A DNA stretch of 64,000 nucleotides, taken from an uncultured Chloroflexia bacterium (GTDB taxonomy: Bacteria; Chloroflexota; Limnocylindria; Limnocylindrales; CSP1-4). The DNA lies in contig CAVPHR010000003.1 of NCBI GenBank assembly GCA_963704775.1, positions 14,050-78,049 of the forward strand. Direction: 5' to 3'. How positions within the stretch are numbered: the first letter of the stretch is position 1; every line of letters begins with the position of its first letter. Positions 35,765 to 48,775 of this stretch are shown here, piece by piece. The notes beneath the pieces are model-generated. The model ran no database searches, was not told the DNA's origin, and saw only the letters and a list, made by a program, of their open reading frames with translations. Made by a program: the position numbers and the translations under genes.

Positions 35765-36534
35765 TCACGCGGCGATCGCGTAGACGGCGGCCAGGATGAG
35801 CAGCGACGCCCAGCGGCCGGGTCAGGCGCCGTCCCCACGGCAGGTTCTTCTCGACCGCCGTCAGGCCGCCGAGCGCGAGCATCGCCGGTGAGGCTGCCGA
35901 GGCCGACCCCGAACATCACGAGCATCAGCGACCAGCAGCAGCCGACGCAGAACGCGCCGTGGGCGATGCCCATCGCGAGCGCCTCGAGCCGCTCGGACGT
36001 GCCGCGCCAGCGGTTCATGACGAACCCGAGCGGGCTGCGGCACTCATCGAGGCAGCGGTCGCGGAGCGGGCTGAACTGCCACAGGCCGGCGGCCAGCAGC
36101 GTCGCGCCGATGATCAGCTGGGGATGCTCGGCGAGCCAGGGCAGCGCGTCGACGGCGGCGTGGATGCCGCGATCGGCGACCCATGCGGCCGAGCCCGAAC
36201 GCCCCCCAGACGACGAGGTAGCCGACGAGCAGCAGGCGCGACGAGCACGCCCGGCCGTCGCCGCCGGCCGACGAGCGCCCCGAAGGTGACGACCAGCGGC
36301 ACGCTCGACGGCAGCATCATCGCGACGATCATCAGCATCCAGCCGAGCGAGAAGAGCGCCGCCTCGAGCGGCAGCGGGCCGCCGTCGCCGCCGTCGTGGT
36401 GGAGGTAGTGCCCGTACGGCGAGCCCTCCCAGAGCCACAGCGCGAGCCAGGCCGCGCACCGCGAGCGCGACGAGCGACCCGGCGAGGATCGCCCGGTCGC
36501 GTCGCGGGGCGCGGAGGTGGGCGGGGGCGAACAT
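35765..36534 (-). CDS. DUF2182 predicted metal-binding integral membrane protein (frameshifted)
   Basis: MIVAMMLPS, WQFSPLRDRCLDECRSP, GAFCVGCCWSLM, AVEKNLPWG. Confidence 0.85.
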
Positions 36535-36560
36535 CGGTCAGCGCTCCGAGTCGCCGCCGC

Positions 36561-37171
36561 TCAGGCGGCGAAGCGGAAGTGGCCCTGCAGGGCGTTGTGG
36601 CCCTGCGAGGTCCACGCTCGGGATGCCGTGGCGGCTGCCGTCCGCGTGTACTGGCTCGCCTTGGCCGCGTAGACGGGCGAGCCCGGGATCGTGCTGAACA
36701 CGGTCTCGGCGAGCGTCGTCGGCTTGCCGGTCGCGCCGACGAACGGCGCCATCTCGGCCTCGACGAGCGATCCGATCGTCAGCCGGCCCTTGCCGCCGTC
36801 GACGGTGAAGGCGATCGGGGCGCGCTCGACGGCGACGACCTCGCCGATCAGGCCGGCGAGGTCGGCGACGGCGCCGCCGAGCTGTCCGGTGAACAGCTGC
36901 GGAGCACGCCGCCTCCTGCTCGGCCGGTCGCGCGATCGTCGACGAACACGACGGCCTTCCACGACTTCGGGATGAGGATGTTCTTGGGGATGTGGGCCGA
37001 GACGGCCATCGTCAGCCCGCTGACGTCGACGCCCTCGATCGAGCCCTTCTCGATGCCCCAGGCGATCGTCGTGTCGCAGGTCTTGTAGTCGGGGTCCTCG
37101 CCGACCCAGCACGGGCACAGCACGTTGCAGGTGCAGACCTCCAGCAGCCGGCCCTCGATCTCGTACGCCAT
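36561..37171 (-). CDS. DUF1326 Cys-rich putative metal-binding protein (frameshifted)
   Basis: [34 protein letters not shown]. Confidence 0.87.
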
Positions 37172-37199
37172 GGCTCCGGTCCCTCCTGCATGATCGCTC

Positions 37200-37236
37200 A
37201 TTCGGTCGTTCGACCGAATCGGTCGGTCGACCGAAT
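37200..37236. promoter_or_regulatory. Two tandem palindromic operators TCGGTCG-N2-CGACCGA
   Basis: ATTCGGTCG-TT-CGACCGAAT (37200-37219) and AATCGGTCG-GT-CGACCGAAT (37217-37236). Confidence 0.75.
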
Positions 37237-37261
37237 CTACATCAGGATGGTCCGATGTCAA
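37234..37261 (-). promoter_or_regulatory. Sigma70 promoter of the DUF1326 locus
   Basis: Minus strand TTGACA-16 nt-TAGATT, abutting the operators. Confidence 0.7.
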
Positions 37262-37360
37262 GACCCTTTCTGGACCGGTCGGGCGGTTCGCTCTGGTAGC
37301 ATCGGCGGGTCAGCATCCCGCGCGGCCCTGCCAAGGTCGCGTACCAGCGGAGACCCCCTC

Positions 37361-38773
37361 GTGACCTCCCCGACCGATCCCGACGACGTCGCGCCCGCCG
37401 TCGCGGACCTCGACACGATCGTCTCGCTCTCGAAGCGGCGCGGCTTCATCTTCCCGTCGTCCGAGATCTACGGCGGCATCAACGCGGTCTGGGACTACGG
37501 GCCCCTCGGCGTCGAGCTCAAGAACAACGTCAAGCGCGCCTGGTGGCGGGCGATGGTCCAGGAGCGCGACGACATCGTCGGGCTCGACGCCGGGATCCTC
37601 ATGCACCCGCAGGTCTGGGTGACGTCCGGCCACGTCGGCTCGTTCAGCGACCCGCTGGTCGAGTGCGCGACCGACCACCGCCGCTTCCGGCTCGACGAGC
37701 TGCCCGGCGCCGAGCACCTGACGGCGACCGAGCTGCAGGACCCCGGCGATCGTCGAGCGGCTCGGGCTGCGCTGCCCGGACGACGGCGGCCCGCTGTCCG
37801 CGCCGCGCCGGTTCAACCTGATGTTCAAGACGTTCATGGGCCCGGTCGAGGAGGACGCGTCGGTCATCTACCTCCGCCCCGAGACGGCCCAGGGCTCGTA
37901 CGTCAACTTCAAGAACGTCCAGCAGTCGTCGCGCAAGAAGCTGCCGTTCGGGATCGCCCAGATCGGCAAGTCGTTCCGCAACGAGATCAGCCCGGGCAAC
38001 TTCGTCTTCCGGATGCGCGAGTTCGAGCAGATGGAGATGCAGTACTTCGTCCGCCCCGAGGCGGAGGCGGCCGCCGCGTTCGAGGAGTGGCTGCCCGCGG
38101 CGCCGCGCCTGGTACGAGCGCTACGGCGTCACGCCCGAGCGGCTGCGCCTGCGCGAGCACGCGCCCGACGAGCTCGCCCACTACGCGAAGAAGGCGATCG
38201 ACGTCGAGTACCGCTTCCCGTTCGGCTGGAAGGAGCTCGAGGGCGTCCACAACCGCGGCGACTTCGACCTGTCGCGCCACTCCGAGGCGTCGGGCGAGAA
38301 CCTCGAGTACTTCGACCAGGCGACCGACGAGCACGTCATCCCGTGGATCGTCGAGACGGCGGCCGGCGCCGACCGGGCGGCGTTCACGTTCCTCATCGAC
38401 GCCTACCGCGAGGAGGAGGTCCGCGGCGAGACCCGGGTCGTCCTCGGCGCTCCACCCGGACCTCGCGCCGTACAAGGTCGCGGTCCTGCCGCTGCTCAAG
38501 AAGCGGCCCGAGATCGTCGAGCTGTGCCACCGCATCAAGGCCGACCTGAAGCGCCACACGATGGCCGTCTACGACGACACGGCCGCGATCGGCAAGCTCT
38601 ACCGCCGCCAGGACGAGATCGGGACGCCGTGGTGCGTGACGGTCGACGTCGACTCGCTCGAGGACGGCGCGGTCACGGTCCGCGACCGCGACTCGATGAC
38701 CCAGGAGCGGGTGCCGGTCGAGGGCGTGACGCGGCTCATCCTCGACCGGCTCGAGGCGGCCCACGCGGGGTAG
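37361..38773 (+). CDS. glyQS: Glycine--tRNA ligase, homodimeric type (frameshifted)
   Basis: [56 protein letters not shown]. Confidence 0.96.
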   Translation: MTSPTDPDDVAPAVADLDTIVSLSKRRGFIFPSSEIYGGINAVWDYGPLGVELKNNVKRAWWRAMVQERDDIVGLDAGILMHPQVWVTSGHVGSFSDPLVECATDHRRFRLDELPGAEHLTATELQDPGDRRAARAALPGRRRPAVRAAPVQPDVQDVHGPGRGGRVGHLPPPRDGPGLVRQLQERPAVVAQEAAVRDRPDRQVVPQRDQPGQLRLPDARVRADGDAVLRPPRGGGGRRVRGVAARGAAPGTSATASRPSGCACASTRPTSSPTTRRRRSTSSTASRSAGRSSRASTTAATSTCRATPRRRARTSSTSTRRPTSTSSRGSSRRRPAPTGRRSRSSSTPTARRRSAARPGSSSALHPDLAPYKVAVLPLLKKRPEIVELCHRIKADLKRHTMAVYDDTAAIGKLYRRQDEIGTPWCVTVDVDSLEDGAVTVRDRDSMTQERVPVEGVTRLILDRLEAAHAG

Positions 38774-38806
38774 GGCGGCGACCTCGGACGTCCGGACGAC
38801 CGGCCG

Positions 38807-39229
38807 TCACGCCTCCTGGGGTTCCTTCGGCGGCGTCACGACCGTGAGCGGCAGCGGGACCGCGCCGCGCAATCGACTCGGGACGTCCTGACCGATCCAG
38901 CGCGAGAGACCGGCGGGGAGCGTCGAGAGGATGATCTCGTCGGCTTCGATGGTCCGCAGCGCGTCGCGCGCCGCCTGGACCGGATCGTGGTCGCCGATCT
39001 CCCCGGTCGCCTCGGCATGCCGTTCGCGGAGCCAGCCGAGGCTGGCGTCCAATCGCTCACGCGCGGATTCGAGGGCCTCGCCTTCCTCCCAGGTCAGTCT
39101 GTGGGAGACCGGCGTGGCCGGCACGACGACGTGGAAGCGTGCCTGCCCATCGGCGAGGCGCTCGCTGATCTCGTGCCGGAGCTCCTCGCCCGCGAGGGTC
39201 TGATTCGCGATGATGAGATACGTCCGCAT
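38807..39229 (-). CDS. USP-like (adenine nucleotide alpha-hydrolase fold) protein
   Basis: YLIIANQTLAG, FHVVVPA, GEIGDHDP, DEIILSTLP..SRW. Confidence 0.75.
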   Translation of the reverse strand: MRTYLIIANQTLAGEELRHEISERLADGQARFHVVVPATPVSHRLTWEEGEALESARERLDASLGWLRERHAEATGEIGDHDPVQAARDALRTIEADEIILSTLPAGLSRWIGQDVPSRLRGAVPLPLTVVTPPKEPQEA

Positions 39230-39443
39230 GGCTGCGGGTCCTCGCGCTCGCCCACTAGCGTACAACCGCGACTCAAGGGCCCGGGTGCGCGGCGGCGCGC
39301 CAGATCGAGGCCGCGCCACGCCGGATAACCCCGGGAGGGTGATACCGGCGAGTGGGACGCCCGGCTACACTCCCGCGAACGGCGATGATCGGTGCGCTGC
39401 CCAATGCGCGCCGCTGGGTCGATCGTCGATGAGGGAGGCCGTT

Positions 39444-39734
39444 GTGGGCTGCATCAACCTTATCTTCGGAGCGATCCTGCCGAGGCTCGCCCTGCTCAGT
39501 GGCTGGTCCAACGACGGGGCGTACTGGAACGCCCTCTTCGGCTCGCAGATCTGGCTGGGCCTCGGGTTCATCTTCCTGCCGTGGACCACGCTCATCTACG
39601 GGCTCGTCGCCCCCAACGGCCTGACGTTCCTCAACATCATCTTCCTGCTGTTGGCGATCGGCGGGGACCTTGGCACCTGGGGGATGGGCTTCTTCGGCGG
39701 CCGCAAGGAGTACTCGAACTTCCGGAGCGCCTGA
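39444..39734 (+). CDS. Small integral membrane protein
   Basis: GGGAGG RBS; PRLAL, LGFIFLPWTTLIY; about three hydrophobic segments. Confidence 0.75.
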   Translation: MGCINLIFGAILPRLALLSGWSNDGAYWNALFGSQIWLGLGFIFLPWTTLIYGLVAPNGLTFLNIIFLLLAIGGDLGTWGMGFFGGRKEYSNFRSA

Positions 39735-39767
39735 ACCCGCCAGACCGGCACCGCCGGCCCTCGCCGA

Positions 39768-40664
39768 CTACTGGTCGGCGTTCGCCTCGGCGGCATCGAT
39801 GGCCGCGGCCAGGTCGGCCGCGGCCACGCCACGCGGCTCCTTGCCCTTGGGCCAGTACAGCTCCTTGTGGACCTGCTCCTCGGGATAGCCGCGGGCGAGC
39901 AGCGTCTCCTCGGCCGACAGGATCATGTCCGGGTTGCCGCAGATGTAGGCGATCGAATCGGCCGGCGTCAGACCGAGCTCGTCGAGCACCGGACCCAGGA
40001 TCATCTCGACCCGGCCGGTCCGACCCATCCAATCGGCGTTCAGCGGGTCCGCCGGGCGTGAAACAGTGGGGATGTAGCGGACCGGGTAGCCGCCCGAGCC
40101 CTCCCAGTCCTCGAGGATCGTGCGGTAGCCGAGCTCGTGCGCGTACGAGACCCCGTTGAGGAAGACGACGTTGCGCGGTCGCCCGTCGACGAGGAGCTGC
40201 CGCATCATCGACACGAACGGGGCGTTGCCCGTTCCCGACGAGATGAAGATGTGGGTGCGCTCGTCGTTCTCGGCGAGCATGAACTTGCCCTTCGGGCCGA
40301 TCATCCGCATCGGGTGGCCCACGGGCAGGTCCCAGAGCAACGGCGTGAACGTGCCGCCCTGGACCAGGCGCACGTAGAACTCGTAGCCGTCGGTCCCGAT
40401 GACGGCCGGCGGCGAGGCGACCGAGTACGGCCGCTGCACGATCCGGCCGTCGACCATGACCCCGATCGTCATGTACTGGCCGGCCTCGAATGGCGTCGGC
40501 TCGCCGTCGAAGCGGACCCAGAAGTAGGCGAGTGACTCGGTCTCGTCCTCGCGGCGGACCAGTCGCGCGTTGTACTGGGGCGCCTCGCGCTCGATGACGC
40601 GGGGAGCGGCCGGGACAGCCGGGTCGGCCGACGCGGCCGGTGCGAGGCTGGCGGGTTCGGTCAT
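39768..40664 (-). CDS. Ferredoxin--NADP(+) reductase family protein
   Basis: FEAGQY, RPYSVAS, GPKGKF, SSGTGNAPF, YICGNPDM. Confidence 0.9.
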   Translation of the reverse strand: MTEPASLAPAASADPAVPAAPRVIEREAPQYNARLVRREDETESLAYFWVRFDGEPTPFEAGQYMTIGVMVDGRIVQRPYSVASPPAVIGTDGYEFYVRLVQGGTFTPLLWDLPVGHPMRMIGPKGKFMLAENDERTHIFISSGTGNAPFVSMMRQLLVDGRPRNVVFLNGVSYAHELGYRTILEDWEGSGGYPVRYIPTVSRPADPLNADWMGRTGRVEMILGPVLDELGLTPADSIAYICGNPDMILSAEETLLARGYPEEQVHKELYWPKGKEPRGVAAADLAAAIDAAEANADQ

Positions 40665-40874
40665 GGGCGCGGCGGCCTCCATCGGTGGTTGCGGTCTGAT
40701 GGTACCCGCCGCGCGGGCGGCCCCGTCCAGTGCCATCGGTCACGGATCGGGCATGCGCGCGACCATCTCGCAACCTGAGTCGGCGAGGTCGCGACGCTAC
40801 AATCAACCGCTCACGACCGACCCTTCGCCACGGCCCTCGCGGCCGGCCGCGGACCCCGCCGAGGAGATCGCCCG

Positions 40875-43661
<2,787 letters not shown>

Positions 43662-43669
43662 CGACGCGC

Positions 43670-44124
43670 GTCCGCCGCGCTGGGACCCTGACGACCGCGG
43701 GGCATCGGCGTCGGCGACGCCACGGCGCATCTCGCCGCGCTCGACGCGCTGCGCGCGGTCGCGGCCCAGGAAGGCTGGGTCGCCGAGGAGCCCGAGGCCC
43801 ACCTCCTCCCACACCTCCGCGCCGCGGCCGAGGCCGGCGACTCCGCCTTGGCCATCGATGCGGCCTCGACCGATCCCGATGGCACGTTCGTCATCGAAGC
43901 GCGCTGGGTGGGGGACGCCGACGGCCGGTGCTCGCGATGTGCGGGTGGCGGCGATCGCGTTCATCGCCACAGTCGCTGAGACGACGACGGCCATCCACGA
44001 GCGCAACGACGCCGGCGCCGCCGTCTTCGAGGTCGTGACCGGCACCCTGCCCGGTGGGTCGTTCGCGACCCATGGCCACACGCTGCGCATGCGCGTCGCC
44101 GGGGCGCCAGGCGCCGGTCGCTAG
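43670..44124 (+). CDS. Hypothetical protein (start not visible, frameshifted)
   Basis: Coding-like segments [37 protein letters not shown]. Confidence 0.55.
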
Positions 44125-44132
44125 GACCGCGG

Positions 44133-45590
44133 ATGGCCGCCTCGAGCCCGGCGACGACCCCGCCCGCCGACCTGGCGCCACCTGAGGAGCCGCGCCTGCC
44201 GCATCGCGTCACGATCATCGGCGGCGGGTTCGCCGGCCTGTACGCGGCGCGCAACCTCGGCATCGACCCCGAGGTCCGGGTCACGCTCATCGACCGGCGC
44301 AACTTCCACCTGTTCCAGCCGATGCTCTACCAGGTCGCGACCGGCGCGCTGTCGCCCGGCGACATCGCCCAGCCGCTGCGCTCGATCCTGCGCAAGCAGC
44401 GCAACACGACGGTCATCCTCGGCGAGGCCGTCGGCATCGACGTCGAGAAGCGCCAGGTCCTGCTGTCGGACGGCGGCCCGGTCGACTACGACACGCTCAT
44501 CGTCGCGACCGGCGCCCACCACACCTACTTCGACCACCCGGAGTGGGCGCCCCTCGCGCCGGGCCTCAAGACCATCGAGGACGCGACGCGAGATCCGCCG
44601 CCGGATCCTGATCGCGTTCGAGGCCGCCGAGCGCGAGGCCGACCCGGCACGGCGGGACGAGTGGATGACGTTCGTGATCGTCGGCGGCGGGCCGACCGGC
44701 GTCGAGCTCGCCGGCGCGCTCGGCGAGATCGCGCACGACACGCTCAAGCGCGACTTCCGGGCGATCCGTCCGGCCGACGCGAAGATCATCGCTGGTCGAG
44801 GCGATGGACCGCGTGCTGCCGCCGTACCCGCCCGGGCGGTCGGCATCGGCCAAGCGCCAGCTGGAGCGGCTCGGCGTCGAGGTCCGCACGAAGACCCGGG
44901 TCATCGACATCGACGACCGGAGCGTCCGCGTCGTCACGCCCGAGGGCAGCGAGGAGACGATCCCGACCCGGACCGTCCTCTGGGCCGCCGGCGTCCAGGC
45001 GTCGTCGTTCGCGCGGAAGGTGGCGACGGCGACCGGGGCCGAGACCGATCGAGCCGGGCGGGTCCTCGTCGAGCCCGACCTGACGGTCCCGGGCCACCCG
45101 GAGATCTTCGTCGTCGGCGACGCGGCCGTGCAGCCGTGGCACGAGGACCGGGCCGACGCCGGGCGTCGCCCAGGGCGGGATCCAGGGCGGGTCGTACGCG
45201 GCGAAGGTCATCCGCCGCCGGATCCTCGGCCGGCCGCACGAGCCGTTCCGCTACTCGAACCACGGCGACGTCGCGGTCATCGGGCGGCTGTCGGCGGTCA
45301 CCGACATCCCGCTGGATGGGCCCGTTCGGCCAGCAGGGCGGCTTCACGGCCTGGCTGCTGTGGCTCGGCATCCACATCGCGTACCTGATCGGCTTCTCGA
45401 ACCGGATCGTCGTCCTCATCCGCTGGGCGTGGACGTTCCTGACCCACGGCCGCGGCACGCGCCTGATCACGGGACGGACGCTGCTGCCGCCGATCGAGGA
45501 GCCCGAGCCGCCGGTGCTGGCGCCGATGGAGGAGCTCGACGGGACAGAGGAGGCGCGGCGAGCCGGACGTCGACGCGCGTTCGCGCCTAG
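44133..45590 (+). CDS. Type II NADH dehydrogenase-like FAD oxidoreductase (frameshifted)
   Basis: [50 protein letters not shown]. Confidence 0.92.
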
Positions 45591-46930
45591 GCGGGGTCGC
45601 CCCTCGGCAGCTCGATCAGGAACGTCGTCCCGCCCGGGTCGGTGCGCTCGACGCCGATCCGTCCGCCGTTCGCGGCCAGGAGCTCGCGGGCGATCGTGAG
45701 CCCGATGCCGCTCCCGCTCCGGCGGCCGGTCCGCGGGTCGACCGCGCGCGAGGGGTCTGCGCGGTAGAAGCGCTCGAAGATGTGCGGGACGTCGGCCGGC
45801 GCGATGCCCGGACCCTCGTCGGTCACCCGGATCGCGACGAGCGGCGCCGCCGGCGGTGCGTCGACGGCCACCGCCACGCGAGCGCCGTCCGGGCTGTGGG
45901 TCATCGCGTTCCCGACCACGTTGCGCAGGACCCGCGCGAGGTGTCCCGGGTCGATCACGACGATCGTCCCGACGGGCACGTTCGATTCGAGGCGCAGGCC
46001 ACGTTCGCGGCGGAGGCCGTCGAGCTCGCGCTCGATCTCGTGGATCGCGGCCCCGAGATCGACCGCGGTCGGCTGGGCCTGGAGCGGCGCGGCCTCGGCG
46101 CTCGCGAGGTCGTTGAGCTCGGCGACCGTGCTGCCGAGCGCCGTCGCCGCGGAACGGGCCGCCTCGAGGTTCTCGCGGTCGGCCGGCACGACGCCGTCGA
46201 CCATCGCCTGGATCTGCGAGACCAGGACGGTCGCGGGCGTCGCGAGGTCGTGGGCGATGTCGCTCGCGGCCCGGCGCCGGAGCATCTCGGAGCGCTCGAG
46301 GCGGTCGGCCATCGCGTTGAACGAATCGGCCAGGTCCGCCGACTCGCGGTCGTCGCCGCCGGTCGCTCGCGCCGTCGTCTCGCCGGCACCGAGCCGGCGC
46401 GCCGCGTCGGCCACGTCGCGCAGGGGCCGGGTCAGACGCGTCGCGACATAGGTCGAGGCAAGCGCGATGCCCAGCACGCTGAGCACGCCGCCCACCAGCA
46501 GCGTGACGTTGAACAGCGGCAGGAACCCGCGGTCGCCGACCTGCGCCGGCAGGTCGGCCTCGAGCGTGGCCAGCGTCTGCCCGTCGACGACGATCGGCGA
46601 GGTGTAGTGGGCGACCGCGCCGTCCGGCTGGCGCCCGAACGCCGTCAGCGTCGTGCCGTCGCTCGAGATCACCCGGACCTCGCCGCCGAGGTTGTTCGCG
46701 AGCCGCCGGACGATGGCGAGGACGCGGGCGGGCCGGTCCAGCCGGTCGGCGAGGTTGTCCGCCGCGTCATCGAGGCGCTGCTGCTGCTGGCCCGCGATGA
46801 CGGTCTCGAAGCCGCCGCTGACGACCCGATTGACGACGACCCCGGCGACGAGCAGCACGCCGAGCACGATCGCGCCGAGGATGAGGCTCAGCCGCCACGC
46901 CAGCGGCGGCTTCGACGACGCCTCGGTCAC
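45587..46930 (-). CDS. HAMP sensor histidine kinase (BaeS-like)
   Basis: Two TM helices, HAMP, H-box variant [33 protein letters not shown]. Confidence 0.93.
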   Translation of the reverse strand: MTEASSKPPLAWRLSLILGAIVLGVLLVAGVVVNRVVSGGFETVIAGQQQQRLDDAADNLADRLDRPARVLAIVRRLANNLGGEVRVISSDGTTLTAFGRQPDGAVAHYTSPIVVDGQTLATLEADLPAQVGDRGFLPLFNVTLLVGGVLSVLGIALASTYVATRLTRPLRDVADAARRLGAGETTARATGGDDRESADLADSFNAMADRLERSEMLRRRAASDIAHDLATPATVLVSQIQAMVDGVVPADRENLEAARSAATALGSTVAELNDLASAEAAPLQAQPTAVDLGAAIHEIERELDGLRRERGLRLESNVPVGTIVVIDPGHLARVLRNVVGNAMTHSPDGARVAVAVDAPPAAPLVAIRVTDEGPGIAPADVPHIFERFYRADPSRAVDPRTGRRSGSGIGLTIARELLAANGGRIGVERTDPGGTTFLIELPRGDPA

Positions 46931-47681
46931 GCGGGATCCCGGGTCGCGACCAGCCGGTAGCCGACCTGCGGGATCGTCTCGATGAGCCACGGCGCGGCCG
47001 GGTCGTCGCCGAGCTTGCGCCGCAGGTTCGCGACGTGGACGTCCACGACCCGATCGTAGACATCGTCGGGGCGCCGGGTGACGGCGTCGAGCAGTTGCTC
47101 GCGGGTGAGCACGCTGCCGGGGCGTCGGGCGAGAGCGCCAAGCAGGCCGGCCTCGCCCGGCGTGAGGCGACCGCTTGCCGCACGGTGGTGCCACCACCGC
47201 CAGCGCCGGGGGCCTCGGCGAGCGTGTACTGGCGGCTCACCGGGTCGACGACCAGGCGGCCGTCGGCGAGCGAGAGCAGGGCCTCGTCCGTCGCTCCGGC
47301 CTCACTGCCCCGACCGCTGCGCCGAAGGATGGCGGCCACGCGCGCGGTCAGCTCGTGCGGGTTGAACGGCTTGGCCAGGTAGTCGTCCGCGCCCATCCGA
47401 AGGCCGGCGATGCGCTCGGCGTCGCTGCGCTTGGCCGATGCGATCAGCACGGGGATGTCGCCGTGATCGCGGATGGCCTCGAGGACCGCCTCGCCGCCGA
47501 GTCCGGGCAGCATCAGGTCGAGCACGACGAGGTCAACGCCGTCCGCCTCGACCGCATCGATCGCGGCTCGGCCATCGCCGACGACCGTCACCGCGTGGCC
47601 GTCGCGCTCGAGATAGAGCCGCAGCAGCTCGCCGAGGCGAGGCTCGTCCTCGACGACCAGGATCCGCGCGTGCGCCGACAT
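46927..47681 (-). CDS. OmpR-family response regulator (frameshift)
   Basis: ILVVEDE, LDLMLPG, GADDYLAKPF, DVHVANLRRKL, VGYRL. Confidence 0.93.
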
Positions 47682-47819
47682 GCGTCGCATCCTAGCCGCG
47701 CCCATGTTCAGGAGTCGTGAAGACTGTCGCGCGGCCACACACGTTCTTCATGGCCCTCGGCGAATGTGCGGACATCGACGGGGTCACGTGGGCCGCGTCA
47801 TCGAAGGGGGTCAACATCG

Positions 47820-48512
47820 ATGCCGAATCTCAGGACCGCGGGTCTCGCGGGAGCAATGGTGATCAGCGCGCTCGTGGGGGGAACGCTGATCAGCGCCGTC
47901 GCCGCCTCGACCGCTCCGGCTGCGCCCGCTCGCGCCGGTCGTCGCCGCCGCACCGAGCGGATCGGCCGCGCGGGATGCGGGTGAGTACTGCGCGGACTTC
48001 CGGGCGGCGTTCGCCGCGAACCTCGGCGTCAGCGAGGCCGAGATGACCGCCGCGGCCCGAAAGGCCGCGATCTCGACCGTGGACAAGGCCGTCGCCGATG
48101 GCGACATGACGAAGGCCGCGGGCGACCGACTGAAGGCGCGGATCAGGCGGCGCCGGCCGACGGCTGCGCGCTGCTCGCCGGCCTGCGTGGCAAGGCCGCG
48201 AAGGCCGTCGCCGTGGTCAAGGACGGGGTCACCGCCGCGGCCGATGCGCTGAAGATGACGCCGGCGGAGTTGCGGGCCGATCTGCGGGCGGGCAAGTCGC
48301 TCAAGGACGTCGCCGCCGCCCAGAACGTGCCGTACGCGACCGTGAGCGCTGCGATCGTGGCGGCCGTCAAGGCCGACCTCGATGCCGCGGTCAAGGCCGG
48401 GACCCTCAAGCAGGCCCGCGCCGACCGGATCCTCGAGCGCCTCCAGGCGCGACTGGCCGACGGGCAGCTGCGCCGGGCCCGCCCGGCGGCGTCACCGACC
48501 GCGGGCGGCTGA
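47820..48512 (+). CDS. Secreted Ala-rich helical protein (frameshifted)
   Basis: Signal-like ALVGGTLISAVAA; repeats AAADALKMTPAELRADLRAGKSLKDVA, AVKAGTLKQARAD. Confidence 0.7.
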
Positions 48513-48518
48513 GCGGGG

Positions 48519-48563
48519 CGCGGCGGGACCGGTCCGGTGCGCGCGCGGACCGGTCCCCGCCGG
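48519..48563. terminator. GC-rich hairpin after the secreted-protein gene
   Basis: CGGCGGGACCGGTCCG...CGGACCGGTCCCCGCCG inverted repeat; no U-tract. Confidence 0.5.
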
Positions 48564-48571
48564 CTCCACTT

Positions 48572-48756
48572 CTCCGCCAAACGGTCATGGGAGGGGCGTT
48601 AGGCGCGGTCGTGGCGCCGTTCGACGTACTCAAGATGCATGACGATGCATGGGCCCCGAGTGGCGTCGACCCACGGGATGCATCACGATGCAGGCAACCG
48701 GGTCAGATCGCTCGCGAAGTGAGCCTAACGGTCACCACGACGCCGTTTTGGCGGAG
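48572..48756. repeat. Intergenic nested inverted-repeat element (REP/MITE-like)
   Basis: Terminal IR CTCCGCCAAACGG/CCGTTTTGGCGGAG, inner IR CGTTAGGC/GCCTAACG, two copies of GATGCAT(G/C)ACGATGCA. Confidence 0.65.
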
Positions 48757-48775
48757 TTCCGGCCGTGCAGGCCCC

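Noticed and set aside
37303-37360. Possible T-box leader for glyQS (AAGGTCGCGTACC)
   Set aside because: No GGTGGNACC consensus and too short for stem I
48597-48730. Integron attC or cassette suggested by GTTAGGC and GCCTAAC
   Set aside because: Flanking hairpins are only about 30 nt, too short for attC; no integrase or cassette array; kept as a REP/MITE-like finding
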